Positions 24,901-37,485 of a stretch of 64,000 nt of DNA are shown in pieces. Numbering within the stretch: the first letter of the stretch is position 1; the number at the start of each line of letters is the position of its first letter. Position numbers and translations under genes: made by a program. The stretch comes from Euprymna scolopes (lineage: Eukaryota): the NCBI GenBank assembly GCA_053919585.1, contig CM132798.1, one strand, 5' to 3'. The notes beneath the pieces were generated by a model. That model did not search any database. It was not told the origin of the DNA and saw nothing but the letters and a program-made list of their open reading frames with translations.

Positions 24901-25525
24901 GGGATCCTTCTACCGCTCCAGAATATATCTCACTACTGATGCAATTCTCTATCTATATAAAAGCCAAGTACGTTCAAGGATGGAATACTGCTGCCATATT
25001 TGGGCAGGGGCTGCTAAAAGCAGCCTATCCGCCTTGACAGAGTACAAAATGGACTTCGTGGCTTGGTGGGGCATGCGCGTTTCTCTTCCCTGAAACCTCT
25101 CTCCCACAGCAAGACTTTGCAAGCCTATCCTTGTTTTATCGTTATTTCCATGGCAGGTGCTCCTCGACCTCCAATCTCTGCCCCCCCACAAATCTTTAAC
25201 GAAAAACACTCATCTAACTGAATCCACTGTCAAAAACTTTATCCACTCTTTATCTATGCCTTAATCAAAACATAGATTCCATGAACAAAGCTTCTTTCTT
25301 TGAACTGAACGTCAGTGGAACTCTGTTCCGTCTGCCTGCTTCCCTCATTTTTACAACCTGGATGTCTTCAAGTGTAACGTAAACAAATTTCTGATGAACT
25401 GCCTCCTTAAGTATACACTTTATTAAATCTCCACAATAACGTACTGTACTTACAATAACCCTTACCCCTGATTGGCTTCCGGGTTTGATAAGTGATGAAC
25501 ACCTTGTAAAAAAATTTAAAAAAAA
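21975..25525 (+). mobile_element. Near-full-length APE-RT LINE family A (frameshifted, inactive)
   Basis: A ~500 bp leader is followed by APE motifs (VSFSNI, DFNVH, LTQIVREPTRIP, PLGSSDH), RT motifs (KATGPDGIP, QYGFR, LDISKAF, YADDT), the 3' GATAAG stem-loop and an A-rich tail. Confidence 0.93.
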
Positions 25526-26889
25526 CACTGCTTGTATAGTGCAACGTTCACCATCTATACTAATTCTAGAATACTTAAACTCATCGATATAGATATAAAA
25601 ATACAGACGTGGTCTTTAAGTATGACTGGTTATGATTGCACCATACACTACGTTAAAGGTAAGACAACGTTTCTGTGGATCTCTTGTAACGCCTTGTGAA
25701 TTCGGGTCGAGATAATGATGATCCCCCGATAGAAATAGAGTGTAGGAACTATCTACTAAGAGCAATAAACTCGAATATCTAAGAGACGAAAGAGTTTGTA
25801 TCGTTTTCGAATGCTCGATATCCCCGTTTGCGTTATGTGCGGATTTAGTGGAAATGGAAAGTATCCGGCCGGAATTAAATAGGGTTATCACGGAGCTGGG
25901 GAGAGTGATAAAGAAACAGAAGAGATTTAATATTTTTCGATGGGTAAGGACTATCTTTTTTCTTCAAACTATTAAACTCCTAAAAATAAAACTGAAAATA
26001 CTTTCTCCGTTGGTTCACGAATATTTGTAAAGATATAGCGTGCTGTCGTTTCAACATTTTATGCAGAATTGTAAGACGTTATGGTTTAAAGAATTAGCTC
26101 GAGCAGAATAATGCTTGGAGCTATCGAATATCATTTGCATGATACAAATTGAATAATTGCGACGCGGTTTCCGTTGATGTTTAATGAACATGCATCGCAG
26201 GGTCTTAAGGGAAAAATAGGATTCATTGTTGTTTTGTATGTTCGAAATTGATCTGTGTAAATTATATAAACGTAATGTAAATGAAAAAGTTAAATAAAAC
26301 TTGACAGAAAAGTGTTCTAAGGACTGAAATGTACAGAAAAAAGATAAAAATAATAATTCATGAACATGCAATTGCTTACAGCGGACCAAGATAAATTATT
26401 TTCGTGGTAACTATTGTGTAACAGAGAAATATAAGTGCCTTTTTTTTGTTGTTAATTCAATTATACTATTTTGTTGTGTTACAATCCGTGATGTTAGGTG
26501 CGTGTGAAATAGAAAAAAATACATATAAAATATTTTGTACTAATAAGTAGAGATGCGTTGTATAACCTAAATCCTTGAGGATTCCATCAAAAGAAAAGTC
26601 GGCCACAAGCATCGTTGTGGATGCCCGGAAATGGCGTCAAAAATATCAAAATGTGAGACGGGGAAATCCTGAATAATGGGTTAACGATATTAAGCCACAT
26701 TTCAAAACAAACAATGTATGTTGAATGTTTATGTCATCTGTTCCGCATCCTAATTCTCTATCTGTATAACGTTACGTGCCCCGCAGTTGTCGTGTCATGA
26801 AAATTGGTTAAATCGCACTTTTTTCAATCAAATCAAGTGATTATTTGTTCCAGTTAGTGAGAAAATTGAATGCCTACATTGCACTGTAT

Positions 26890-27050
26890 AGAAACTACTG
26901 TTAGATTTGTAATAATTTTTATACATATCAGCTTGAATAAAACTTTAAATTGTAAAAGCCAAGTATCATGGCACATTCTACTTAAAGAATAGCATCTATT
27001 TTGACCGCGTCATGAAATATTAAGGAACCCACTGTTGATTTTATATGTCG
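26890..27050 (+). repeat. Dispersed unclassified repeat related to 45635-46020
   Basis: Shared motifs CTACTGTT(A)GATTT, TTTAAAT...AAA(G/A)CCAAGTATCATG and TGTTGATTTTATAT. Confidence 0.45.
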
Positions 27051-27666
27051 GGTCTAGCAGCTTCTGTAGTAATATTATTTTTATTTAAATTTCACTTGCT
27101 ATGTTAGGCTGTGTGAAGGGTCAGTGTGATCAAAATTTCTTGTTCGAACCTTTATAAACTAGTCGTTACTAAATTGAAAATATGCCGTCACTAATAGGCA
27201 TATTACTAAGCACTACATCAAGTTTCTGCCGTGCTTACATCATTTCTGTCTTGTGTTTGTTTGCTAAAAACATTAACAAGTCTGAAAATATTGTGTACCA
27301 ACAAGCAATGTAAACGCAAACAAAAATAAATCATGCGTCGCTAATGGTTTTTATTATAGTAAGTGCATGGGTGTGTTTGTGTGTTTGAGTGTCTGACCCA
27401 GCCCCCGATATTTTGTNNNNNNNNNNNNNNNNNNNNNNNNNNNNNNNNNNNNNNNNNNNNNNNNNNNNNNNNNNNNNNNNNNNNNNNNNNNNNNNNNNNN
27501 NNNNNNNNNNNNNNNNNNNNNNNNNNNNNNNNNNNNNNNNNNNNNNNNNNNNTTTTAGCGATATGTTTTGAATGAATTCAATTATTTACGAAAGTGCATT
27601 TTTACCTGAATTCGAGTTGGGAATAATTTTCCCTTGTAACCAATTTGGTACCCCCACATGGGGAGC

Positions 27667-27729
<63 letters not shown>

Positions 27730-27794
27730 TTATTTTATTTTATTGACATTTACATTTTATTTTGTTTTATTTACATTTCTATTTACATTTTAAA

Positions 27795-27857
<63 letters not shown>

Positions 27858-28438
27858 GGATGCTATTAATTTTAGTCGGTAAAAAAAAGTTATAATTAAT
27901 TAAATTAACATTGAAATAAATTAACCAATGAAAAAAAGAGACGAGGAAAAAACGTATATAAATTGTTCTAAAACGATTAATTTATCCTTAACGATATATC
28001 TCTAAAGATAGAAAAATACTAGGACATGATAAACATGGTAATTAAATCAGCCAGTTCCTGGTAGAAGTAAAGACTATTGTTCAGAGCTTGGAAAGGATCG
28101 AAAATAGAATTAATAGACAAAAACGTAACGTCCATGTTATTTAATGAAATATGCCTTAGAGNNNNNNNNNNNNNNNNNNNNNNNNNNNNNNNNNNNNNNN
28201 NNNNNNNNNNNNNNNNNNNNNNNNNNNNNNNNNNNNNNNNNNNNNNNNNNNNNNNNNNNNNNNNNNNNNNNNNNNNNNNNNNNNNNNNNNNNNNNNNNNN
28301 NNNNNNNNNNNNNNNNNGGGCGTGCGTGCGTGTTTGTGTTGTGATTAAAAGCTTAAAAATTAGTACGCATACGTCTGCAAAAAAGAAAAAAAATGGTTGC
28401 TACTACTTTTACCATTTTGTCACCTTATACGCAATTAA

Positions 28439-28824
28439 AAGGTTCGGTTTGAATAAACAGCCTGTTTTTTCTTAGACCTATAGATGTGTTGATGTAAATT
28501 TTATGGAATAAGTTTTGGATGCAGATTTAGGAGTTTTATAGAGGCGAGTTATTTTTTCACAGAGATACGAATTTTTGAGATACGAGTTTTAGAAATACGA
28601 GTTTGGGAAATGCGAGTTTACAACACTCTCCTGTCAAAGCTCGCATCTCCGAAACTCGTATTTCTTAAACTCGTATCTCAAAAATTCGTATCTCTGTGAA
28701 AAAAAAAAAATAACGCGCCTCTTTAAACCTCGTTAATCTGCTGCCAAAACTTACTCCATAAAATGTACATCCACACATCTATGGGTCTCATAAAAACACC
28801 CTGTTTATTCAAAACCGAACCCTT
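28439..28824. mobile_element. ~385 bp foldback MITE (almost entirely palindromic)
   Basis: GGTTCGGTTTGAATAAACAG...ATGCGAGTTT is the approximate reverse complement of AAAGCTCGCAT...CTGTTTATTCAAAACCGAACC. The loop is ~16 bp, with internal ~15 bp GATACGAGTTT subrepeats. Confidence 0.9.
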
Positions 28825-30032
28825 AGAAAAGACAGTTTTTTAATAGAAATTGCAGAGTTTTGGAATAACAAAGTTTTACAGCAGTTAAACGGATTCGGAG
28901 TTGTTAATAATTACTTTAGAAATTATTACTTGGAATGTGTAAATTAGTTTACTCCTTGATAATTNNNNNNNNNNNNNNNNNNNNNNNNNNNNNNNNNNNN
29001 NNNNNNNNNNNNNNNNNNNNNNNNNNNNNNNNNNNNNNNNNNNNNNNNNNNNNNNNNNNNNNNNNNNNNNNNNNNNNNNNNNNNNNNNNNNNNNNNNNNN
29101 NNNNNNNNNNNNNNNNNNNNNNNNNNNNNNNNNNNNNNNNNNNNNNNNNNNNNNNNNNNNNNNNNNNNNNNNNNNNNNNNNNNNNNNNNNNNNNNNNNNN
29201 NNNNNNNNNNNNNNAACATTAATCAGTACGTAAGAAAATATTGGTAGTAGTATTAAAAGATATTAATGTCATGAATCAAAATATAGAAGCAACCATTAAC
29301 GCACAACGTCACCCTGTGATCTTGTATTACCTTTTCTGTTAAGCTTTATTATGCATTACACATTAATACAATATGTATGCGGGTGTATATAAATATATAT
29401 GTGCGTATATACGTGTTTGTATATACTCTACAGATGTTATTAAATACTAAGTCTATACTAAGTGCATGGGTATAAATCTGCGCTTATTGATGCAAATGAC
29501 AATTTCGTTGAGTAACATAAATCGACAGTATAATTTATTTTACTTTACATACCATGATGAACATATGATCTACTTGAATAATTGATCGTCTGCAATTGAA
29601 CCTCTCCGCGAGAATATTTACTATTCTAGAAGTTTTTACTTGTTTTTTTTATGGTGTCCTTCTTTTTAAAAGACTTAAACATCTGAAAAGATTTCATTTC
29701 ATTCTTTTTATTATTGCTCACATCAATCAGTATGAAGGCGAACATATGAATCTCAGACATGCACAGTGTGAGGTGACTAGACCTCGTAGCGTGTGAGCGT
29801 GTTATTGACATAGTGTGACAAGGCGGCCATTAAAAGAAACGCCAGATGATCGATGATATATGTGGTGCTGTTTAACAGTCTGTCGGATTCATTTGATTTT
29901 GTATTCACCCGACAAAATATTAGAGTGGACTATTTTCTTTTTATACTTGTGTGACCTAGTGTGTTCTCTTCGAATTACATTAGAATATAAATTAAATGAG
30001 GCATTATCACGGATTCAAAAACAAGACACATG

Positions 30033-30104
<72 letters not shown>

Positions 30105-30127
30105 TATTATTTATAAAACATAATTAT

Positions 30128-30240
30128 ACACTGACACGTGTTTCGTCGTCCACGGCCGATCAGAGAGGCTCAATCTTGCGAGATTCGAATCGAACTCCCA
30201 TGGTAAGAAGTCTGAACTCTTACCAGTGTACAATCTCGCA
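30128..30240 (-). mobile_element. Small element: tRNA-like head followed by a degenerate hammerhead-ribozyme-like motif
   Basis: Minus strand reads TGCGAGATTGTACACTGGTAAGA...GATTCGAATCTCGCA (A/B-box-like), then CTGATCG-GCCG-TGGA-CGAC-GAAAC-ACGT-GTC-AG, then an AT-rich/(TA)n tract. Confidence 0.5.
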
Positions 30241-30837
30241 CAACTGTTTGGCTATATCGCGATTTATATAGATGCTATTTGTTATATTTTATTTTTTTAG
30301 ATATATTCAAGCACGGCTTTTGAACACGACAGAGTTATATTTTTTTCTGATTTTTCTGGATATCTTTTTCATTCGACGGGCGATCTTTTGTGTTTCAGCT
30401 GGCACGTTGTATAAAATTACGCTCATAAGTCGTGGTTCAGCCATATTTATATAAAAAAGAAACGACAGCTTTTTTTAACTGGATCTCATTTAACACCGGG
30501 ACAAATATACTAACAGTATTTCATAACTATCTGGAAACTAGATGAATAAAATATAAAATAGATAAATCGAAATTACAAATAAAAATAATTCGCCCTAACC
30601 ATGCTGTACTCAACTTTTAAACCAATTATATAAAGCTATAAATACACTAAGCCTCAAGGGAAAAGAAAAGAAAACGATAACAAAAACAGTTGCTCCTGAT
30701 GATAATGGTATGCACCAACGAAAACCGCTTGAGTAGAATATGGCGGAACAATAACTTTTGGATAAGATATCTAGAAAAATAAGAATAGAGAATAACTCTG
30801 TCCTGTATAATCAGGCGTGCTTGAATAATCACTTACC

Positions 30838-30838
<1 letters not shown>

Positions 30839-30895
<57 letters not shown>

Positions 30896-30916
30896 TAATA
30901 ATAATAATAATAATAA
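30839..30916. repeat. (TAA)n microsatellite
   Basis: Directly visible. Confidence 0.98.
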
Positions 30917-31549
30917 ACGTTACATTAAGACACTCAACGGATGAAAAAATGTGCATGCGAGTATTATGCTTTTCCAACCAGTTCATAGCTTGTAAGTAAA
31001 AAAAAAAAATACTCGAGCTGACATAGAAACCAATATCTAAAAACAATTAGTTAAGTACTATAACGATTAGACAAGCTTGACAGAATGTTTACATTTATTT
31101 TCGTACCTACTTATCCTTAACTTAATGGAACTGTCGTGTTTCTTGACCATGTACACGCATTCGTGAAACAGTTGACATGGGAATAAAAATTCGACCACCC
31201 TCACATAGAAATTTGCTTATTACGATCCTTTAGCAACCTCTTATTTTGGATAAAACCAGTTCTAAAATTTCCACATGTGTGAATATGCTATATACCATAT
31301 TTCAATCTATAGATCAAATATTCGTTGAGTATATAGGTTGAGAAATGTCCTCACACACATTCACACATTTATAGACACACATACATAAACACGCGNNNNN
31401 NNNNNNNNNNNNNNNNNNNNNNNNNNNNNNNNNNNNNNNNNNNNNNNNNNNNNNNNNNNNNNNNNNNNNNNNNNNNNNNNNNNNNNNNNNNNNNNNNNNN
31501 NNNNNNNNNNNNNNNNNNNNNNNNNNNNNNNNNNNNNNNNNNNNNATGC

Positions 31550-31837
31550 CTATGGCCCTGGATATGACCTTAAACTATATCCGTTGGTGAGGCCTCAGCT
31601 CGCGGGCTTTGGGGAGTGTAAAGCCACCCTTTAATTAATATTGCTCCCAGGCCCACACTGACCCGGATTGGTAGTACCTATAAGTGCCCTAACTATGGGT
31701 TAAATAGAAACCGACTTGAAAAAAACAAAACAAAGACGAATATATTCTATTAAAAAACTTTTCTTCAAAATCACTGGCATTACATAACCCGAAAAGGGTT
31801 TATATGCAGTAAAACAAACACAACCAACCAACCAATC
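31550..31837 (+). mobile_element. SINE body and tail (head probably hidden by the N gap)
   Basis: CCTGGATATGACCTTAAACTATATCCGTTGGTGAGGC...CTCCCAGGCCCACACTGACCCGGATTGGTAGTACCT...CTATGGGTTAAATAGAAAC, ending in a (CAAC)n tail. It resembles an abundant cephalopod SINE-like repeat (recalled, not searched). Confidence 0.6.
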
Positions 31838-32584
31838 AGATGCCTATCAACTACTATGGTAGATTAATTATACGGTAAATATATAATATACTACCGAACT
31901 CTACTCATAAATCGTATTACTTCAAACACAAATCACAAAGATATTATTAATCTGATTATTGAAAATCATTCAGATATTCTAATAGACGTGCCTCCTGTTT
32001 TCACAGTTTAACAGTAATAAAGCAAGCAGATAGGTGACCATACACCTTAAATATGTGGGGTGTTGGCGCAAAACAATAGAATTATTTTTGTAATAAGTCA
32101 TCAAATTACAAAATAAAATATGTCATACATAGATGTACAACTTTGTAATGTGCTGGTTTTTCACGCACTTCCCGCATTTTTCTATCATCGCTGTTTCGTC
32201 TAGTAGCCGCTTTTTGTCTCATCCGTTGTCTTAAGTCAAATATTTTTTTTTATTCATGTAAAAAAAATAAACAAGTAAACATGCGCTTGAAAATTGGCAT
32301 ATTTTGTTTTATTTTGGAAAAGAAAAACGGGATTTAGAAGTGAGGGACTAATCTATTCGTAGCTAGTTATGACTACGTAAACTAATGTGTCTAACTAATG
32401 AAATCAGATATGTAAACAGACCGCCAACGATAATATGCATCTATGATTATTCTATATTAAAAAGATGACTTGTTCGCATGGCTTCGGGAGATACACATCC
32501 TCATATCGCTGGATAATTTAAACGTCACTGTCGTGAGTTCAGCAATATTTAATAGTTCATTCAGTCTTCGAGTTATTATTTATA

Positions 32585-33019
32585 CTAGCATGCTACCCGG
32601 CGTTTCCCAGGGAATCTTCTTTCATCCCAACCCTACACAGTAGAGATCCCTAGATGTAAAAGAGCTTTCTACTCCAGTAGTTTCTTCCCCAGAACTGCTA
32701 GAGTTTTGAATCTTCGTCCGGGTACCAGCTTCCCCAACTGTACTGACATGCAGAAGTTCAAATGTAACGTGCACCGACATTTTGCTGCCCAACTCTTTAC
32801 ATAGCACCCATGTCGCTTCGACCATTGATAGTAGCCACCTATATCAAATTTGTAATGTGCTTGTTAGGGGTGAAAATATAAAAAAATAATGAATACAGGA
32901 CGCCATACGTGACGACATACATGACGTCATAGAGTATAATATCGTACATAACATTTATCCAATTCCGTCATTGTGAAAAAAAAAACAGACAGAGAGTAAT
33001 ACGGATTTATTATATTAGA
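32585..33019 (-). mobile_element. Complete non-autonomous Helitron with an internal LINE 3' fragment
   Basis: The minus strand starts TCTAATATAATAAATCC and ends CCCTGGGAAACGCCGGGTAGCATGCTAG. It sits between A and T, the canonical Helitron target. Confidence 0.75.
32622..32889 (+). mobile_element. 3'-terminal fragment of a different CR1/Jockey-group LINE family
   Basis: Translates SQPYTVEIPRCKRAFYSSSFFPRTARVLNLRPGTSFPNCTDMQKFKCNVHRHF...*, the typical ORF2 C-terminus. A short UTR and an A-rich tail follow. Confidence 0.8.
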
Positions 33020-33470
33020 TGAGTAATACTCACATTAATCACCAAACGATTATCTATATAATAAACAAACTAGTATACGAAAAATATAAGTGCTACCAAT
33101 AGAGTATTAGTTAGTCGACTATATAATACAATGAATCAAATTATTAATGTATAAGTTAAACGTTGAAACTCGGGTTATTGCTTGTTTCTAGATTTTGATG
33201 TTATGAAAAGTATGTGTAAGTAATAAGTATTTAAACATTTTTTACACTTGTACGATTATTTAATATACGTTTTCTTTTCAAAATATATCAAGAGTGCCGT
33301 ATTAAAAAGAAAAGCAAAACTAGGGTGAAAGTAAACATGTAGACTATTCCAAAATACCTTCCTATTAGCAAACATATTGATATAGTAACTCATTTTAATC
33401 AAATAAATACATAAATAAATTTCCTGCATTCTCTGTTATAAGATAAAAAATCACAGTGCAAGGGATTAAA

Positions 33471-33534
<64 letters not shown>

Positions 33535-33974
33535 TCAGTGGTGAAAAACCGGACTAGAGGTCTAAATGTGTAGCCAGAGCAGTATAGAGGACGTTGGAAT
33601 TTAAAATACTGACATTGCAACTAGTTACCATGGTGATCTGTTCAATTAACTGCTAACTCCTACTTAAACTTAAACCGTTATAAACTACAACAACGTCTAT
33701 AAACATAAACACATAATCAATATTTAATAATAACCACCCTCTCATTATATACGCTCCTACTACTTTAAATTCCAACGTCCTCTCCCTTCCACACCCCCTT
33801 CTTGTCTAACTCCCCTTCATCTGCTACGATTTTTTTCCATTCTTATTTGGTATTAAAACTCAGTCCATCTATAAATTTTAACGAAGCTGATCGGATAATT
33901 CCTCATCTTCTCGGGATACCTTCCTCGCGGAAACAATATGTAAATTCATTATGGACTCAGCAATACATTTCCTT

Positions 33975-34034
<60 letters not shown>

Positions 34035-36407
34035 TATGTATATATATATATATATATATAACTGTTGAATTTTTATGTATTTTTAAATATCAATTCATTT
34101 TTTTCTTTCTTTTTTCGCTCCCTGAGCGTTTTTATTATGAGAAAGGAGTTATTTGCCCTTTGCTTACATTTTTCATCGCCCACATTTTAGGACGTATTTA
34201 CTTTAAAAAAAAATGTATATTAAATGTTATTTATTAATTATTAATTAATAATTACTACGTCCAAACAANNNNNNNNNNNNNNNNNNNNNNNNNNNNNNNN
34301 NNNNNNNNNNNNNNNNNNNNNNNNNNNNNNNNNNNNNNNNNNNNNNNNNNNNNNNNNNNNNNNNNNNNNNNNNNNNNNNNNNNNNNNNNNNNNNNNNNNN
34401 NNNNCAAATCTAAACGCAAGCGGTGATTCAAAAGACACGACAGAAATAATGACGAGGGAGGACAACGTTAACCGCATGAGAAATTACTTTTTTATCGTTT
34501 ACTGTTCTCTCATTTCTCTCTGCTTCTCATACTTTTAATATCCAATATTTTTCTTCTTATCATATATATGTAAGTTAATGTATGTTTTATTCTGTCAGGT
34601 CATTATTATTCGTCTTGTTTTTATGTCTTACTTTGAAGTGATGTCCGTATTTATTAACTAGGTATATATTTACCTCTACGTCATTCTAGTCTTTTATAGA
34701 TATAGTTGTATTTCGGTTTTGTTATGTAAGGTGTTAGCCTTCTTTGTTATTCTTTCTGTGTTGCAGTGGTTCACATTGTCTTGTTCCATTTAAATACTTT
34801 TTTATTTGCTATTTCATGTTACTCTCCTCATTCAGTCTTGAGTCTATTCTTTCATTTTCTATTTTCCGGGGTTCGATTTACTCTATTTATTAATTCTAGA
34901 AATATGCTGTATACTCTTAATAGTCCGCCATTAGTTATTTCACGCAATATGTCAGTCAACGTGATATCTGTAAAAATCACACGATACACCAATAAATAAA
35001 CTGCCTATAAAGTCAATAGAAAAAAAAACTTAAACAGGAAGACACGCTCTACCATTTCCTAAATACAAATAACGACAAAAATAAGTTTGATGAAACATAG
35101 AGTTATTTTTGATAATACGATCGGTATCGATAATTCATATAATCAAAATATCACATAATAAAAAACATCAATAGAAACAATTGAAATACATATTGTATGA
35201 ATTTCAAAGCTGAAAGTTATTTTGTCAGCATACATTAGTATATGATTTATTGCCAAAAATAATAGCCACTTTTGTATGTTTTATGCTATAGCTTATATAA
35301 TTTGTGTGTATCCTGTGTAATATATTTATTATTACTTGGAAAATATGAGGCAATTTTAAATAAAAAAATGAAATTAGAAAGAGTATAGAAAACATGTTNN
35401 NNNNNNNNNNNNNNNNNNNNNNNNNNNNNNNNNNNNNNNNNNNNNNNNNNNNNNNNNNNNNNNNNNNNNNNNNNNNNNNNNNNNNNNNNNNNNNNNNNNN
35501 NNNNNNNNNNNNNNNNNNNNNNNNNNNNNNNNNNNTAGTAGTCAATGTATTAGTGATTTCTTTCCTGAAAGTAATACACGGAGAGTTTAAAGCTTTCTAT
35601 GACAATAAAATATTGGAACTCATTTTTTATTCTATTACGATTAATGTNNNNNNNNNNNNNNNNNNNNNNNNNNNNNNNNNNNNNNNNNNNNNNNNNNNNN
35701 NNNNNNNNNNNNNNNNNNNNNNNNNNNNNNNNNNNNNNNNNNNNNNNNNNNNNNNNNNNNNNNNNNNNNNNNNNNNNNNNNNNNNNNNNNNNNGTGAGTG
35801 TGCGTGCCGTAATTGCAACTGTTTATTATTGATTTTCTTTTAATTATTTTATTTACTTTTTCATATTTATTCATGTATTTTACTTTTTCAATATATAGAA
35901 ATATAAGCATATCTGAAGATGTGCTAGAGAGCAGTTTCTATCTTCTGTGAAAATGAATGAGACTATTCAGACTAACATTTTGTTTACACATTTTTTTGCA
36001 CAGATTTTACCTATGGTGAAGTGCATGAAGCCGCATGTGTACGGTCTCACTGTAAACATTCAGATGGCGTTTTTACGCCGATATTTGATTTGTTGACCGT
36101 AGAGAAACTAAGATATCCTTATACATCGGAAAATCCCTGATTATAAAATGCTGTATTTGTATATGATCATTTATGACTATCTAAACTATCGAAAGTTATT
36201 TTATCGCATACATCACAAACATTCATCAACTAAAATTATCTTATTGCTGGACATCACGTTTGATATTCGGGTAGTCGTTTTTTCTTCTTTCTCAAATTCA
36301 TCACAGTCATGGTAAATAATAGATCTCCAATTTTCACGGTAACTCGTAGCACACTGTCAGGTAGACACTTCAATATTAAGAACTTCTTAATACACTTTAT
36401 TTTGTCC

Positions 36408-37485
36408 TTTTTTACAAAGAGACCCCATTATCAAGGTACAGATACCACTCAAGGATAAGGGTTTATGGGTGTACATTAGTCAATTTGATTATAAGGTAGT
36501 AGCCATAAATAGTGGAAATTTTGTAAATTGGATTGCTTAGAGGACGGTTCGACAAGAACTTGTTTCTGTTGGCTTTTAAAGCAATCTAATTGTAATCAGC
36601 TAAAATGCAGGCTAACGGAAAAGAGTTCCACAGGCGTACAATTCTAATAATAAGCTTTGTTCATGGAATCTATGTTTGATTTAAGACATAGATAAAACAT
36701 GTGGGAAATTATTGATACTGGTTTTGGCTAAACGAGTTTTTTTCGTGAAAATTTGACGAGAAGGGACCATAGATTAAAGCTCAGACGAGAACTTGCCATG
36801 AAAATAACGAGAAAGCAAAGACCTTAACGCACCGTCTCCTTGCTGGGAAAGAGGTTGCAGGGAAGAAAAATGGCATTCCCCACTAAGCTACGAAGTCTAT
36901 TCTGAACAGGATAAGCTGCTATTAGCAGTCCCAGTCCAGATGTAGTAGCAGTACTCCATCATTGGTTGTACCTGGCTTTTATATAGGTGAAGAATTGTAT
37001 CAGGAGTGAGATATTTACTTGAGCGGTAGAAAGATCCTCACATTTTTCCAGTGGATTTAGCAACGGATTGTATGCACGTGTTTCATTTGAGATCAGGAGT
37101 AAAGATCAAGTCCAGAAGCTTGTTAAAACATGGAGCCTCCTCAAGACGAGAGCAATTCATTTCAATTGATGCCAAATGAGGATCAGAGCGTTCACGATGT
37201 AAAGATAGAAGATTGGTTTAGATGCACTAAAAGTAACAGACAACATTTTTCCCTATTGGACCACATGCTCAAAAGTAGAAGCGAAAGTGGCAGAGAGAAC
37301 TTTGTCATGTGCAGCTTTTAATATGTTGCAATAGGTGGTAGTGTAATAAACATAAATGTCAACGAATGATCTTAGGATGTGGTTTGGAAGATCATTGATG
37401 TGAGGGACTCCAGCATTAATATTGTAAGCTTCTGATTTCTGCCCATCCATTAATACTCTTATGAACCTATCCGACACAAATGATT
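36408..37485 (-). mobile_element. 5'-truncated, more diverged LINE family A copy
   Basis: INAGVP, INDLPNHILRSFVDIY, MEYCY and CTTGATAA...TGTAAAAAA 3' end; small internal deletions. Confidence 0.88.

Noticed and set aside
25610-25890. Possible LTR fragment
   Set aside because: No clear TG..CA boundaries, TSD or second copy.
28560-28700. Short regularly spaced repeats as a CRISPR-like array
   Set aside because: There are no unique spacers; the repeats are inverted subrepeats of a foldback element in eukaryotic DNA.
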